Source: Diplonema japonicum
Lineage: Eukaryota > Protista > Euglenozoa: Diplonemea
Direction: 5' to 3'
Assembly: GCA_964019335.1 (NCBI GenBank)
Contig: OZ025653.1
Location: 496,001 to 560,000 of the forward strand
Length of the DNA: 64,000 bases
Positions 11,231 to 22,836 of the stretch are shown in pieces. The position numbers were made by a program, and so were the translations under genes. Within the stretch, counting starts at the first letter, position 1, and the number at the start of each line of letters is the position of its first letter. The notes below the pieces were generated by a model, which was not told the DNA's origin, searched no databases, and worked only from the letters and a program-made list of their open reading frames with translations.

Positions 11231-12822
11231 AAAGCATAAAAAAGTATTTTTTTTTTTTTTAAAAAGGGGGCATTGCCCGTCCTAAACAAAAGGCAGCAGA
11301 AGAGGGGGGAGCAGGGAAAAGAAAAGGGAAATGGGAGGGGGTATGTGGCATCAACGCAGTGGGCAAAGAAAATAACAAACTTTCTTCTTTTTTTTTTCTT
11401 TTTTTTTTACGTGCCCCTGGAGAGTAATTTTTTTTTTTAAGGAAACTTTTTCCCGTCATTTATTTTAAGAAAACTAAGGGGGAAAAAAAGAAAAAAAAAA
11501 AAAAAAAAAAAAAAAGAGCGAGAAAGAAAACTAACTTTACCCTTTCTTTCTTTCTTTCTTTTTTTTTTTTTCTTTTTTTTTTTTTTAAAGGGGAGGAGTT
11601 ACAGTCCGCACTAGGTGGCTTCAGCTTCGGACACATCTCGCAATTCCTCCAGGTGCTGCCATCTTCAGGCGAGTCCCTACAACGGGTCCTACTACTATCC
11701 CAGCAGGTTGGGGAGTACTGTTCCCTGCCCACGGCAGGGAAAAGAAGAAGAAAGGACCAGCCAACAAAAAAAAGGGAGGAGGCGCATACAACACATAGAG
11801 AGAACCCTTTCCCTAATTCTTTTTTTTTTCTTTGACATTATATCTTTACCCCCCCCTTTTTTTTTCCCTTCCCTCTTCTTTTTAACTAAAAGGGGGGGAA
11901 GGTTACAGATGGACTGGCCATATCGATAAACATAAGGAATGGGGGGGGAGAGGGGGGCGAACGAAAAAATTAGATAAGTGGTTTCTTTCTTTCCCCTCTT
12001 GAAACTTCATTTACTCTTAAAGAGGGGAAAGAAAGAAACCAACTAACGCAGATAAAGGATTCAACAAGAATAAAGAAAACAACAGAAGACACCGCAAGGA
12101 CAGTTCTGAAGGGGCTCTTTCGGGCCAGGATTAAAAAGAAAAAAAAAGAGGGGGAGAGAGAGAGAGAGAGAGAGGGACACTCACAGGCAGAGTTAACCGC
12201 CGCCGCTGCTATTGATTATGCCTTTCTTTCTTTTTCTTATTCCCCCCTTTTTCTTTGTTTTTTTTTTTTTTTTTTTAGTCCTTGGTCCTCGCTCAGGAGC
12301 ATACTTAATTTTTAGAAAGGTAGAATACAGTTATTTTCTTCTTCTTCTTTTTTTTTTTTTTTTTTTTTTTTTTGGGAAAATGTTCACGATGGAGAGTCTC
12401 CCTTTACAAAAAAAAAAAAGAAAAGAATAGCCATAGAAAATTTCGGGCCAGTGCCGAAAACTTTTTTAAAATCTCTTTTTTTCCCAATACCGTGCCACCA
12501 TAATAGTTATAGAGGGGAGAAAAGGAAAAAATTCCATATCGGGAGACGGGGGGGGGGGGAGAAAAAGATATCTTCCTCTTTGCCACCTTTTTTATTCAAT
12601 TTTTTTTCTTCTTCTTTTCCATTCTTTTTTTTTTTCAACGCCGTTCTCTTTTTTTTTTTTTTTTTTTTTTTTTCTTTTTTTTTTTTTTTGAAAAGATAAA
12701 AAAAAAACTTTTTTTCTTCCCTTTCTCCGGAATCCGGAATCGCAAACAAAAAAGGGGGAAAGGGGGGGCAGGACAACACCAAAAGGAGGGGAAAAAAAAG
12801 AAAAAAAAAAAGAAGTTCCACG

Positions 12823-15767
12823 TCACTGTTTCTTGTCTGCCTGCGAGGGGACGACTGTGATCGCGTCGGTGAGGTCTGTGGACAAGATGACTGGAGGGTC
12901 AGGTTCTTCATTGCAGTCCGAGGCATCACAGGGGAAGGGGGACATTGGAGAGGAAAGAAAGCAATCCTCAGTTTCGTCTTCAGTACCATTTGGAGACCGC
13001 ATCTTCATAGGAGGGATGTTCTCGCTGAGCACAGAAGGAATAGACTCGCTTCTGTCTGAGGGCTGAAGATATGAGTAGGCAAGGTCGATGCTGTAGTCGC
13101 CAGGGCTCTTCAGTCGGGAGGCTGCAGCGACCGACACTCTGGAACCTCTCCGGTCAAGCACCCCATTGGTGCTTCCTATCGTGCTCCCGCTTACCCTTTT
13201 CCCCGTGCGAACGAGTGGTGTTCCTTCCTCTTCTCTTTCTCTAAAAAATGGGTGATAAAACACCTCCTTCAAAGACGGCCTCCATCTAGGGTCCTTTTTC
13301 AACAACCCTGTCAGCAGCTCGGTCAGCTTTGGGCCAACGGTGCTTGGGATAACAGGCTGGTCTCTCTGTATGGCGTTGCGCAGAGTGTTTCGATCCTTGA
13401 AGTGGAACGGGTGCTGTTTTTGTTTTGTTTTGTTTTTTATTTTTTGTTTTAACACACCTTCCCTGTGTTTAACGTGAGCATGGTCACCCCCAACGCCCAT
13501 ATGTCGCCTGTGACGCCACCGTACCCGTCTTGATTGTTCGCAGCACACGCCTGTTGTTTGTTGTTTATGTGTACAGCTGTGTCATCGGCAGCATACCTCA
13601 GGAGGAAAGTACGCAGGGGTACCTTCTGTTCTCATGAGAACGTCACCTGTGACCGGTCGGAACACGTGGCTTACACCGAAGTCAGAGAGCTTCGCAGTGT
13701 TGTTCTCATCGATGAGGATGTTCTCCGGCTTCACGTCACGGTGCACGACGCCGCACTTATGAAGGTACCGCAGGCCGCTGACTACACCCAAGAAGTAGTG
13801 TGCCAGCATGTCCTCTGGGATGGTCTTCCCGATGAGGAACCCTGTCGCTGGGTCCACCTCGCCGATGGACCCCCGCACGGCGTACTCCATCACCAGGATC
13901 ATCTTGTCCCCGTCTGCGTCGTCCAGCACCGCGTGCAGCTCGATGAGGTTCCGATGCCTCAGCTTTTTCAAGATAGCTACCTCCTGCTTCACCTTGTGCA
14001 GCGCGGTGGCCAGCTGCGACCCACGCCCACCGAGCCGGCCCACGTGCTTCAGCAAGCTCTTTTTGTATACTTTCATGGCTCGCGTCTCATTTGTCACCAC
14101 TGACTTGCACAGCTTGACCTTCGAGTAAGACCCTTTCCCCAGGGTCCCCAGCACTACGTAGTTGCTCACGATCTTGTTCCCGTTGGGCGTGAAGCCTCCA
14201 TCGACAGCTTCTGTCTCGAGGACAGGCTGTGCGGAGAGGCGGCCCGAACAAGCCGACCCCTCAGAAGGAGGGCGAGATTGGACGGAGTGGAAGCTGGCAG
14301 GGCGAGGTAGCTCTGTCTCGACGGCGCTCGAGACGGTGCTGCACTTTCGCTCGTCATCCTTCTTCTTCGGTACCAGGAGTTGCGTGTTTGCCGACATGGT
14401 CGTTGATGTTGTTGTTGTGGTAGTTGTGGTTGTGGTAGGAGGTGGCTGGGCAGGTGTCGCCTTCACGGACGGTACGGGCATCAAGGGCGGCCTCAGCCCC
14501 GCCACGGCGATCGACGTCTTCCGCCACCCCCTCCCTAGCACTCGGTCCTCCCCGTCAGAGGATCCATCCTCGGACTCGACAGCAAGCCCGTCGTGCAGAT
14601 CCTGCAAGCTCATGGACCGCCTGGGCAGCAGCCTGGGGGGGTTTGAAGATGTGCTGGTAGGACTCTTGTCGTCTTCCGGGCCTCCAACCTGTGGGTAAGT
14701 GTTGCTTAGCTACTTATTCGCATACCCTGAAGCGCACAGACGCACGCTTGATGATCGTGCGGGGGTTCTTCACCTTGACGCTGGAGCTGATGATCGGAAC
14801 GGACTGCGATGACAATACACCGTGAGCTGTGCTGGCATACCTCAGAGCGTTTAAAGTGCGGGCGGGTCTTCAGTGGCTTTGTCTTCACAATGCTGCCAGC
14901 GTAGGTAGGCTGCATGTCCTTTTCAGGGGACGGCTCGTCGTCGATGACAGGTGGGGGGGAGGGCTCTACAGGAGAGGGGAGGTTGAGGTCCGTAGACGCT
15001 GTGGTCTCGGAGCAGGAGATGTGCGGGGGGATCGGAAGATGAGGGGGCGACAGGGAAGGATGCGGGGGCGAGTCCCTGACCTCCATCTCCGGTTCAGACT
15101 GCTGCCGCCAGACACTTGCAGGTTTGGATTGCTTTCTGAATGACTCCATGCGGAATGATTCCAGCTTCGCCATCTTCTCCTCTTCAAACCCTTCGTAGCT
15201 CTGCATGTTCACAACTACATCTCTCTTGATACGTTTCTTGTATTTCCCGAAAACTAAAGGTGTGAAGACCACAGCAGGGTACCAGAGGATAGCACATCCC
15301 GGGATAAGGTCAGAACTGGTTACAGTGAGAGCAGACGAAATGCCAGCAAGAATGGACAACACGGGCATGGATATGAGGAACCGTGTGCCTAAGGGGTGTG
15401 GTTTATTGTGACCGAGAAGGTGGCCGACTCGTAAGAGGCAGGCAACCACGCCCAGTAGGCAGATGATGGAGGTCGTCAGGCAGAAAACTGCGGTTACGGA
15501 GTCGGCAGAGGTGAGTACCCCAGAGCCGCCAGGGTAACATACAAGACCCGAGCAGAATAAATCATCTTTCACTCTCACTATCGGTACAAAGAAGGCGCTG
15601 GAGAAGGACAGCGTAGTTAGTGCTAGCAGAGCTGAGACATGCTGCACCTCTGGTGCCCCTTCTTGTGGTTCGCCGTCACCCCCACATTCACGTGTTGTGC
15701 CGGCTTTTTCACCACCTACCTCGTATACCTTATGGGCCTTATGGGTATCAGTTTGGTTTTGTGTCAT
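12823..15767 (-). CDS. CAMKK/SAK1-like Ser/Thr kinase with an N-terminal multi-pass transmembrane region (5 exons)
   Basis: GKGSYSKV, AMK, HRDVKPEN, DFG, TEGTPAYFPPE and DIWALG motifs. About 4 hydrophobic segments in ORF 14706-15767, joined to the kinase ORF by two GTATG...CAG introns. Confidence 0.75.
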
Positions 15768-15802
15768 TGATTTTGTTGCATTTTTTTTTAAAGGTAGAGG
15801 GG

Positions 15803-15833
<31 letters not shown>

Positions 15834-17091
15834 CTTCTCCCAGGATGCATTGGAAAAAAAAAATGAAATAAAAGTGGGGGTGGGGAAAAAAAAGAAAAAA
15901 GAAAAAAAAAAGAGCTGTGGGGTGGGTGGGTGGTGGGAAAAAAAGAGGAAAAAAAAAAGAAGAAAAAAAAAGAGAATGGCTATGCAAAGTAAAAAGAAGG
16001 GGGAAAAAAAAAGAAAATTGGGGGTGTGAAAAGAGGAAAAAAAAAAAGAAAGTATTCTGATTTGACGCCTTCGTTGGGGTGTGGGAGGTCTTTTTTTTTT
16101 CCAGTTTTTTTGAGAACTGAAAAAAAAAAAAAAAAAAAAATGAGGGAAGGGAAGTAAAGAAAAAAGGAAAAAGAAAATCCCAGTTACCCATATTCTCGCC
16201 CTTGCTCCTCTCTCTTCTTAAAAACACGACTTAAACAAACCTCCGTTTTGTTCAAGGAGCGCCTAGGTAGGTTCTTTTTTTCTCGGGAGGAAAAAAAAAG
16301 GGAAAAAAAGAAAAAAAAAGAAAGGAAAAAAAAAATGTAAAAGGTATCCCACCTTTACCCCAGCAATTAAAATATTTTTTTTAGAATTCTTTTTTGTTTT
16401 TGCGAGATGGAACTTTTGAGATAGGGAGAAAGAGAAAAAAAAAGTTTTTTTAAAAGAAAAAAAATACAAATGATTTCATTACTTTCTCCCCTCTTCTCTT
16501 TTTTTTTTTTTTGTGTGACAGACATGTCACCACAATAGGGGCTCAGCATTTTTTTTTTCACCTCAAGAGGGGCACTTTTTGTACTTTCGTACTTACTTTC
16601 CTGTCCTTTAAAGTAAAAAGTAAAGTAAAGTAAAAATAAAAAAGGAAAGAAAAATAAAGAGGGAGAGTGAGCGCTTTTCTTTATTAAATAACACTAGAAA
16701 GGAAAAAAAAAAGGGAAAAAAAAAGAAAAGAAAAACAAGAATGCAAAAGTAAAAATAAAAAAAAAAGAAAAATAAAAAAAAGAGAAACTATTTCACTCCT
16801 TTTCCTAGGCCCTCTTTCTTTTTTCGAAAACAGAAGGAAAAAAGGTATTTTAAAAAAAGAAAAAAATAAAGCAAAAGAAGAAACTAAAAAAAAAAGAAGA
16901 AAAAAAGTTAAGGAACTCCTCTTGCCTACCTCTCTTCTTGGGTTTTTTTCTCTTGGAGCATTTCTATATGCTTTTCCTCTTACCTTTTTTTTTTAAAATT
17001 ATAATCGGTCCTCTCTATTATTCTTTTTTACTTCGTCTTCGTGTCTTTTTCATGTTTTTTTTTTTTTAAATAAGTCGCTCCGCCCTTGCAC

Positions 17092-17145
17092 TTACTTGTA
17101 ACGCACCTGGAGCTGGCGACCCCCGATGACTTGACCGTTGAACTA

Positions 17146-17176
<31 letters not shown>

Positions 17177-18144
17177 CCCTTCCACCCTCCCTCAATACCG
17201 AAAGGGCCGCCTGGGCAGCGGTGAAGTCAGCGAAGTGGATGAAACAGAAATTCCTGGGCTCGCCAGTGGCGTGCTTGGGGACATCAACCTTTATGTGTTT
17301 TTTCGTTTTCTTTTTGTGTTACCCCCCCTTGTTCCAAACCTTCACAATCCTCCCAATCCCCCCGAACACAGTGTAGACAGACTGGAGGACATCGCTCTCA
17401 GCAGCACCAGAGATACCGTGCACGAAGATGGTGTTGGGCGAACCTTTTTTTTTTTTTTTTTTTTTTCCCTCCCGAAAAAAAAAATATATATATACCGAAC
17501 TGCTTGTGCTGCTCGTGGGGGAGCGCAAAGGGGAAGGACAGCATGGAGGACATCTGCTGCTGTCTGTTGCCCCCGCTGCCTTTCTGCTGCTTGCGCTCAG
17601 CGAACTTCACGGCCAGGGTGATAGGAGTCCCCGACTGTGTGGGCATTTCGTACCCGTTAAGGGCACGCACGCATGCTTCAGCCTGCGCGACGTTGGCGTA
17701 CCTAACGAAGCCGACCCCCCTGGGGTGCTTGGTCGTGTCCATCACGCTGACCTCGATGATCTCACCGTGCGGTGCGGCAAGCTCGCGGATCTGGTGCTCG
17801 TTCAGAGCGGACCCGAAGCCAGACAGGAACACGTTGATGGACGGCGACGGCCCACCGTTGACTGCCGACGGCTGCGCGTAGGCCACCCTCAGCTTCTTGC
17901 CGTTGATGTCGAAGCCAGACAACTCCCTGATGGCCCTCTGCGCCTCCGCAGCACTGCTCATCACAATAAACCCGTAGCACCTGCTCGCACCGCTCACGGG
18001 GTCCGTGATCAGCTTGATCTTCTCAACAGTCCCGTGCACCGAGAACAGGTCCTTGAACCTCTTCTCATCATAAGTGGTAGGGAGGTAGTTCACAATCAGG
18101 TTGCGGGAGGCGTCCTCCTTCAGCAGGTTCATATTTTTCATCAT
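17092..18144 (-). CDS. ELAV/Hu/Sxl-like RNA-binding protein with 3 RRMs (4 exons)
   Basis: RRM1 NLIVNYLP...RCYGFI and RRM2 NVFLSGF...RGVGFV. RRM3 (TIFVHGI...RNFCFIHF...GRQLQVRYK*) is recovered after removing three introns (the first at 17444-17495). Confidence 0.85.
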
Positions 18145-18204
18145 GATCACGGGGGGGTTTAATGCCTGGAGTGGTGAGTTAATTTCTTTTTGGGTAGAGT
18201 CCTA

Positions 18205-18420
18205 ACTTGACCCCTAAGTTTTCGAAATGCTTAAATTCCGACCCCTAAGTTTCCAAAATGCTCAAAGTCCGCCCCCTCAGGTTTTCAAATGCCCTCACTA
18301 AGCCCCTACGGCGGGAAATCGCTCAATGTCAACCCCCCTAGTTTTCAAAATGCTCAAAAAACCCCCTTAGTTTCACAAATAACCCGATTGGGTCCCCCTA
18401 TGTTTCATTAGCGCTCAACA
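18205..18420 (+). repeat. ~31-bp subterminal tandem repeats of the MULE (left arm, about 7 copies)
   Basis: Recurring GACCCCTAAGTTTYCRAAATGCTCAAA-like unit. Confidence 0.8.
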
Positions 18421-18569
18421 AGGTTGTGCGCATGCATGTTCCTTAACAATAGGCAACTTGAAAGGAAAAGAAAAAGACAGCCCAGGTAACCAAGGCTACT
18501 TCTTAGAGGGCTGTAAAAGATTACAGCATTTAAAAGAAAACCTTTGCTTCTTGAGAGGACCAGGAGGGT

Positions 18570-19292
18570 TGGTGCACATCGAAGTCTTGTGGCCAAGAAT
18601 GCCACAACGACTGCAGGCATTCTTCCTTTCGCTCTTGCTGGGGATCCTCTTCTATTCCTCCCTACACCTTTTGAAGCAGAACCCCCCCAAAGTCACCCAG
18701 GTGTTCCATCGAAATTATGGGCTTCACATAGTGAAACCGTTGACTGAGGGGGCGAAGGCAAAAAAACAGCACTTGAAGCGCGACCCTGAGTCCCTCTCGA
18801 TGTCAAAAAAGGTGCCAGGGTTGATTGCCTTCAGGTCATCGAAGTATGGGGAGAGCTTCACATAGGCACTGGATGCTGATCCGAAAAGAGTCTCCCTAGC
18901 CCTCCTAGCAGAGGAAAGTCCAATGCCTGCCTCCCTGAAGACCCGTATGTCAGTCATCGCCTGGGTCGGCCCTTAACCGGAGGATTTCTCCACCTTGTCC
19001 CGAAGCATCCTTGCAACCCAACCAGCAATGCCAACTGGTGCCTTCTTTCCATGGTTGGATAGGGTGCAGGTATGGGGAGGCATGTTACATGTGCCCCCCC
19101 TTCTTTATTCCGGAACACCACCCTCCATTGGCAGTCTTCAGTGCAGCAGGCAAGTACCACCTTTTCGCTGATGGTTTTCACAGTGCTAAACACCCGACCG
19201 CTCTTGTAGCAGTCCGAGAAGGCCTCTTTTCGCGCCTCAGCCATGTCTGAGAACACCGCATCAGCAACAATCTTTGACTGGGTTGTAGGCAT
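18570..19292 (-). pseudogene. Frameshifted, internally deleted MuDR-type transposase remnant
   Basis: N-terminal VVLACCTEDCQWRV (WRKY/GCM1-like DNA-binding domain), then YFDDLKAINPGT...RFKCCFFAF and KPIIS..HLGDFGGVLL (start of the MULE DDE region). It then jumps directly to the C-terminal knuckle CSRCGILGHKTSMC. Confidence 0.75.
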
Positions 19293-19364
19293 TTTAAAAG
19301 GATTGGTTTTTGTGATATAATGATGGGAAAAAGAGCTGTAGGAAATGTTGGGGTGAAAAAATGT

Positions 19365-19736
19365 TGTTGAGCATTTATGAAACATAGGGGCCCAGGTTGG
19401 GCATTCTGGAAACTTAGGGGGCCCAAATTGGGCATTTTCGAAACCTAGGGGGCCCAGGTTGTGTATTTCCGAAACTAAGGGGTCCGGATTTGAACATTTT
19501 GAAAACCAAGGGGGTCTACTTTGAGCACTTATGAAACTAAGGGGACCGAATTCAAGCATTTTAAAACTTAGGGGTCGAGTATGAGTTTTTTTTGAAGATT
19601 TGGGGTACTACACAGAGATTTAAGAAACCTCGGGGACTGGATCAGAAACTTTTTCCTCTTTAAAGATAGACCTTGAACATTTCTCAAACTAAGGGGGTGG
19701 CTTTTGGACATTTCTCAAACTTAGGGGTCAAGTTAG
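19365..19736 (-). repeat. ~31-bp subterminal tandem repeats of the MULE (right arm, about 12 inverted copies)
   Basis: Recurring TTGAGCATTT..GAAACT.AGGGG unit, the reverse complement of the left-arm unit. Confidence 0.8.
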
Positions 19737-19788
19737 CAGTTTTCTCTTTCTTTTTTTTTTAACAGTATGTCATATAATATAATGAAAA

Positions 19789-21879
19789 CTAAAGTGCATC
19801 GATGTCGATGGAGGTAGAGGGCTCTAGCAAGGAGCGCAGTGCGTCGGGGTTTGCCGCCATTGCGGCCCATTGTACGGAGCTGACGCGCTTTACGATGGTG
19901 CCTTGTTTCTGGAGTACCGTGTGCTGCAGTTTCGTGCGTCTATTGTACTTTCCTGAGAGGGTGAAGTGCTGCGCACCGTCGAGCTCTATGACCACAGGCG
20001 GTCTGCCCTGAGCTGTGATGGCAAGGTCGACGACGAAGCCAGCAGTGTGGTACTGCGTGTGCAGTGTGGCTGCTGGGGGAACATGTGGTGCGAGTGCCTC
20101 AAATGCCGCACCTTCGAGTCCTGACAAGGAACCGCTGTGAGCAGGTGGTGGCAACAACGCAAGTGTCCTGACCACCCAATGAGCCTCCGCCTCTTCAGCA
20201 GGCAGCACATACCACAACAACACCGCTAGCTTCCTCACTCTCTCGAAGTCCACAGCAGCATCAGAAGCCTCCCATTCCCTGATCACCGTTTCCAAACCCT
20301 CCCTCGCGAAGCCATGGTCGCACAGGGCGAACGCCTCCATGATGCGTGTCCCACCGTCAGGGTCTGCCAGGAGAGAGGGCTTTTGTTTGATACTCTTTTT
20401 GAGCTTCTCAAGAATGTCCCCCAGCAGGGGGTCGTTCAATGGGGCCCGCACCACAAACCGCGCCACTTGTCCCGCATCAAGCAAGGAGAAGTACTTCAGT
20501 ACCAAAGAGAAGAGCTGTTTCCATATGTACCCCGGGAGGTACATGAAGCTGGTGTGCCTGCCTGAAGCGTTTAGAAGGATTGACACATGATGCAGACCAC
20601 AGTTCTTCTTGAGGTTCAAGCACGGCTCCAACTTGTCTATGTACAGGAGGTACTTTTCGCGCTTCACTGTAGCAGCCCATGTGGTCCCCCCCACTAGAAG
20701 GTTGACCACACCGTCGGTGTTGAGGTGCTTTGCCTGCTGCATGAACGCCCGTTCGTTGTCCAGCAGCTTGCTGTAGGCCCTCAGCGCAGAGGGGTCTTCA
20801 ATCTTCAGCAGGGCGAGGATGTGGTGCAGTTTGGATTCAGCAGTGACACTGCCGAGCTTGTTAAACTGGTTAGCCATACGGCGCAAGCTAGCAGGGTCTA
20901 AGGGAAAGCTCATCACACGCACATAAGTGCCGAAGCCCTCCATGTGCTTGATAGCTTTGATGTACACATAAGGGTCGGACTCGTGTGTGTACACCGCACC
21001 CAGCAGATCGACAAGCACACCAGTCTCCTTCACGTTGTGTATGTTTGCTGCAATGCACTCCTCAAGTGCGACGGTGACGCTGCATGGCCTCGTGTCGGCC
21101 ATCAGTAGTATAAATGCCTCAATGAAGGGCAGGAGGGTATCTGGCATGATTTTCTGCTCTGGCGACGGAGGCACATCTTTCATGATCATTGACCGGAAGC
21201 GGTTGCGAAGCGGGTGTCCTGACTTGTAAACAATGGCAAGGAGAAGCGCGGCGTCGTTGAGGTTCCTGACCTTGACGAAACCTCTGAGGAGCTTACCGTA
21301 CAGCGGGGAGGTGTTGGCGGCGTAGACAAGGACATTGAGCACGCACCGTGCAGGAATAGCATTCTGCCGGAGCTGGTTGATCTTTGCTTCAAGCGCGACG
21401 AATGACTCTCTTGAGATAGACCGCAATGCTACAGGGGATTTAGTTAGCTTCGTAAGGCTGGATGTACCTAGAGAAGCGATGTGGTTCGGAGTCAGCATTT
21501 CAGCCAAGTGGGGTTCAGACTGTAAGATATTGACGATCGTGTTCCCACAAAGTTTTTGGTTAGCAACCATCGCTTTAGACGCCGAGCCATTGTACATCAG
21601 TGTTGCCAAGGTGCTTTGGGGCAGCTCGTGGCCGTTATTCACCATCTGCTCCACCTGTTTCTTCACAACGGCACCGCCGTATTTCCATTTTTTCATGTCG
21701 CACAAGATTTCGGCGCATTGCACAACAGACACGGAGTCCTTTCCTGCAATCTCTCTTGAGATTGCATCAAGTACAACGTCTTCCTCCCACCTTACTTGTG
21801 GGTCGGTCTGAAGAATCGTGTGCATGTCTTGCCGGCCTGCTTTCCAAAGATTCCGTATAGCAGCGCAGCTAGACTTCAT
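19789..21879 (-). CDS. RAP-domain helical-repeat protein, probably organellar RNA metabolism
   Basis: 696-aa intronless ORF; the C-terminal GFVVDLAI...VVIELDGAQHF...RRTKLQHTVLQKQG..VKRVSSVQW is a RAP (PD-(D/E)XK-like) domain. Confidence 0.8.
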   Translation of the reverse strand: MKSSCAAIRNLWKAGRQDMHTILQTDPQVRWEEDVVLDAISREIAGKDSVSVVQCAEILCDMKKWKYGGAVVKKQVEQMVNNGHELPQSTLATLMYNGSASKAMVANQKLCGNTIVNILQSEPHLAEMLTPNHIASLGTSSLTKLTKSPVALRSISRESFVALEAKINQLRQNAIPARCVLNVLVYAANTSPLYGKLLRGFVKVRNLNDAALLLAIVYKSGHPLRNRFRSMIMKDVPPSPEQKIMPDTLLPFIEAFILLMADTRPCSVTVALEECIAANIHNVKETGVLVDLLGAVYTHESDPYVYIKAIKHMEGFGTYVRVMSFPLDPASLRRMANQFNKLGSVTAESKLHHILALLKIEDPSALRAYSKLLDNERAFMQQAKHLNTDGVVNLLVGGTTWAATVKREKYLLYIDKLEPCLNLKKNCGLHHVSILLNASGRHTSFMYLPGYIWKQLFSLVLKYFSLLDAGQVARFVVRAPLNDPLLGDILEKLKKSIKQKPSLLADPDGGTRIMEAFALCDHGFAREGLETVIREWEASDAAVDFERVRKLAVLLWYVLPAEEAEAHWVVRTLALLPPPAHSGSLSGLEGAAFEALAPHVPPAATLHTQYHTAGFVVDLAITAQGRPPVVIELDGAQHFTLSGKYNRRTKLQHTVLQKQGTIVKRVSSVQWAAMAANPDALRSLLEPSTSIDIDAL

Positions 21880-22836
21880 TTTCTTCCTCTTCCCCCCCCC
21901 CCCCCCCCCCTCCTGGTTTTTTTTTCCTGTTTAGTTTGCGTTTTTTATTTTATAAATGAAAAATTCGTCGGACTGAAGGGGGGGGGGGGGGGCAAGGTAA
22001 AAGAAAAACAAAACAAAAACAAAAAGGGGGGAGCAAGAAAAAAAAAAAAGGCCCCACTCTCAAAGAGGTGCACCATAGCCAAATACAACAGGGGGAATCT
22101 TATAAAAACTCTCACTATGATGGTGCTTTTTTTTTTGGAAGAAAAAAAAAGGAATAAAAATAATAAAAAAAAAAAAAAAAACCGACACCCTCCTCACACC
22201 AAATAAAAGAAAAAATAAAAATAAAAAGCAAGAGATTGAAAAAAGGAAGAAAAAAAAAAAGACAAATCAAATGAACAGATATATTTCCTAAACTCCCATA
22301 AGCCAAAAAGGAAAAAAAAAAATGTGAATGGGGCGATTTACATAAAAAATAGGAAGGGGGGAAGGGAGGGGGGAACTATTTTGCATTTTCATCAGGAAGA
22401 GTGACAAGTATTTAAAAAAAAAAAAAGTGATAGAAAAAACAAAACAAAAAAGGTGTTTTTTTATTTATTTTTTTTTTTTCATCTTCTTCTTTTCTTTTCT
22501 TTTCTTCCTGCAAGGTGAGAAGATGGTTGGGCAGGATATATGGGGAGGAGGGGCCGTTAGTTCGTGTAGATTTTTTTTTTGATTCCAAACATACATTAAT
22601 TCGCACCTAAAACCTTTTTTTTTTTTGGCTTTTTTTTTTTCTTCTTCCCTTTCTTTTTTTTTTTCCCATTTCTACAGGATTCTAATGTTGATTTTTCTTC
22701 CCTCCCGTTTCCGTTGTATTCGTCATAAAGTCACTCTCCCCTCAAAAAAAAAAAAAAAGAAAGAAAGAAAAAAAGAAAAAAAGAAACTGTACAATTCATA
22801 AACTAATTTTTTAACTTTTTATTTTTCTCGATTTAT

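Larger units (their letters stand above)
18192..19746. mobile_element. Non-autonomous Mutator-like (MULE/foldback-type) DNA transposon
   Basis: 9-bp TSD TTTCTTTTT (18183-18191 and 19747-19755). Inverted termini share CTAACTTGACCCCTAAGTTT. Inverted ~31-bp subterminal tandem repeats at both ends; internal transposase remnants. Confidence 0.9.

Noticed and set aside
11660-11668. CUGAAGA (minus strand) as a hammerhead ribozyme core
   Set aside because: No correctly placed GAAA and no three-stem junction.
18205-19736. 31-bp periodic repeats as a possible CRISPR-like array
   Set aside because: No unique spacers, inverted between the two arms and bounded by a TSD: these are transposon subterminal repeats.
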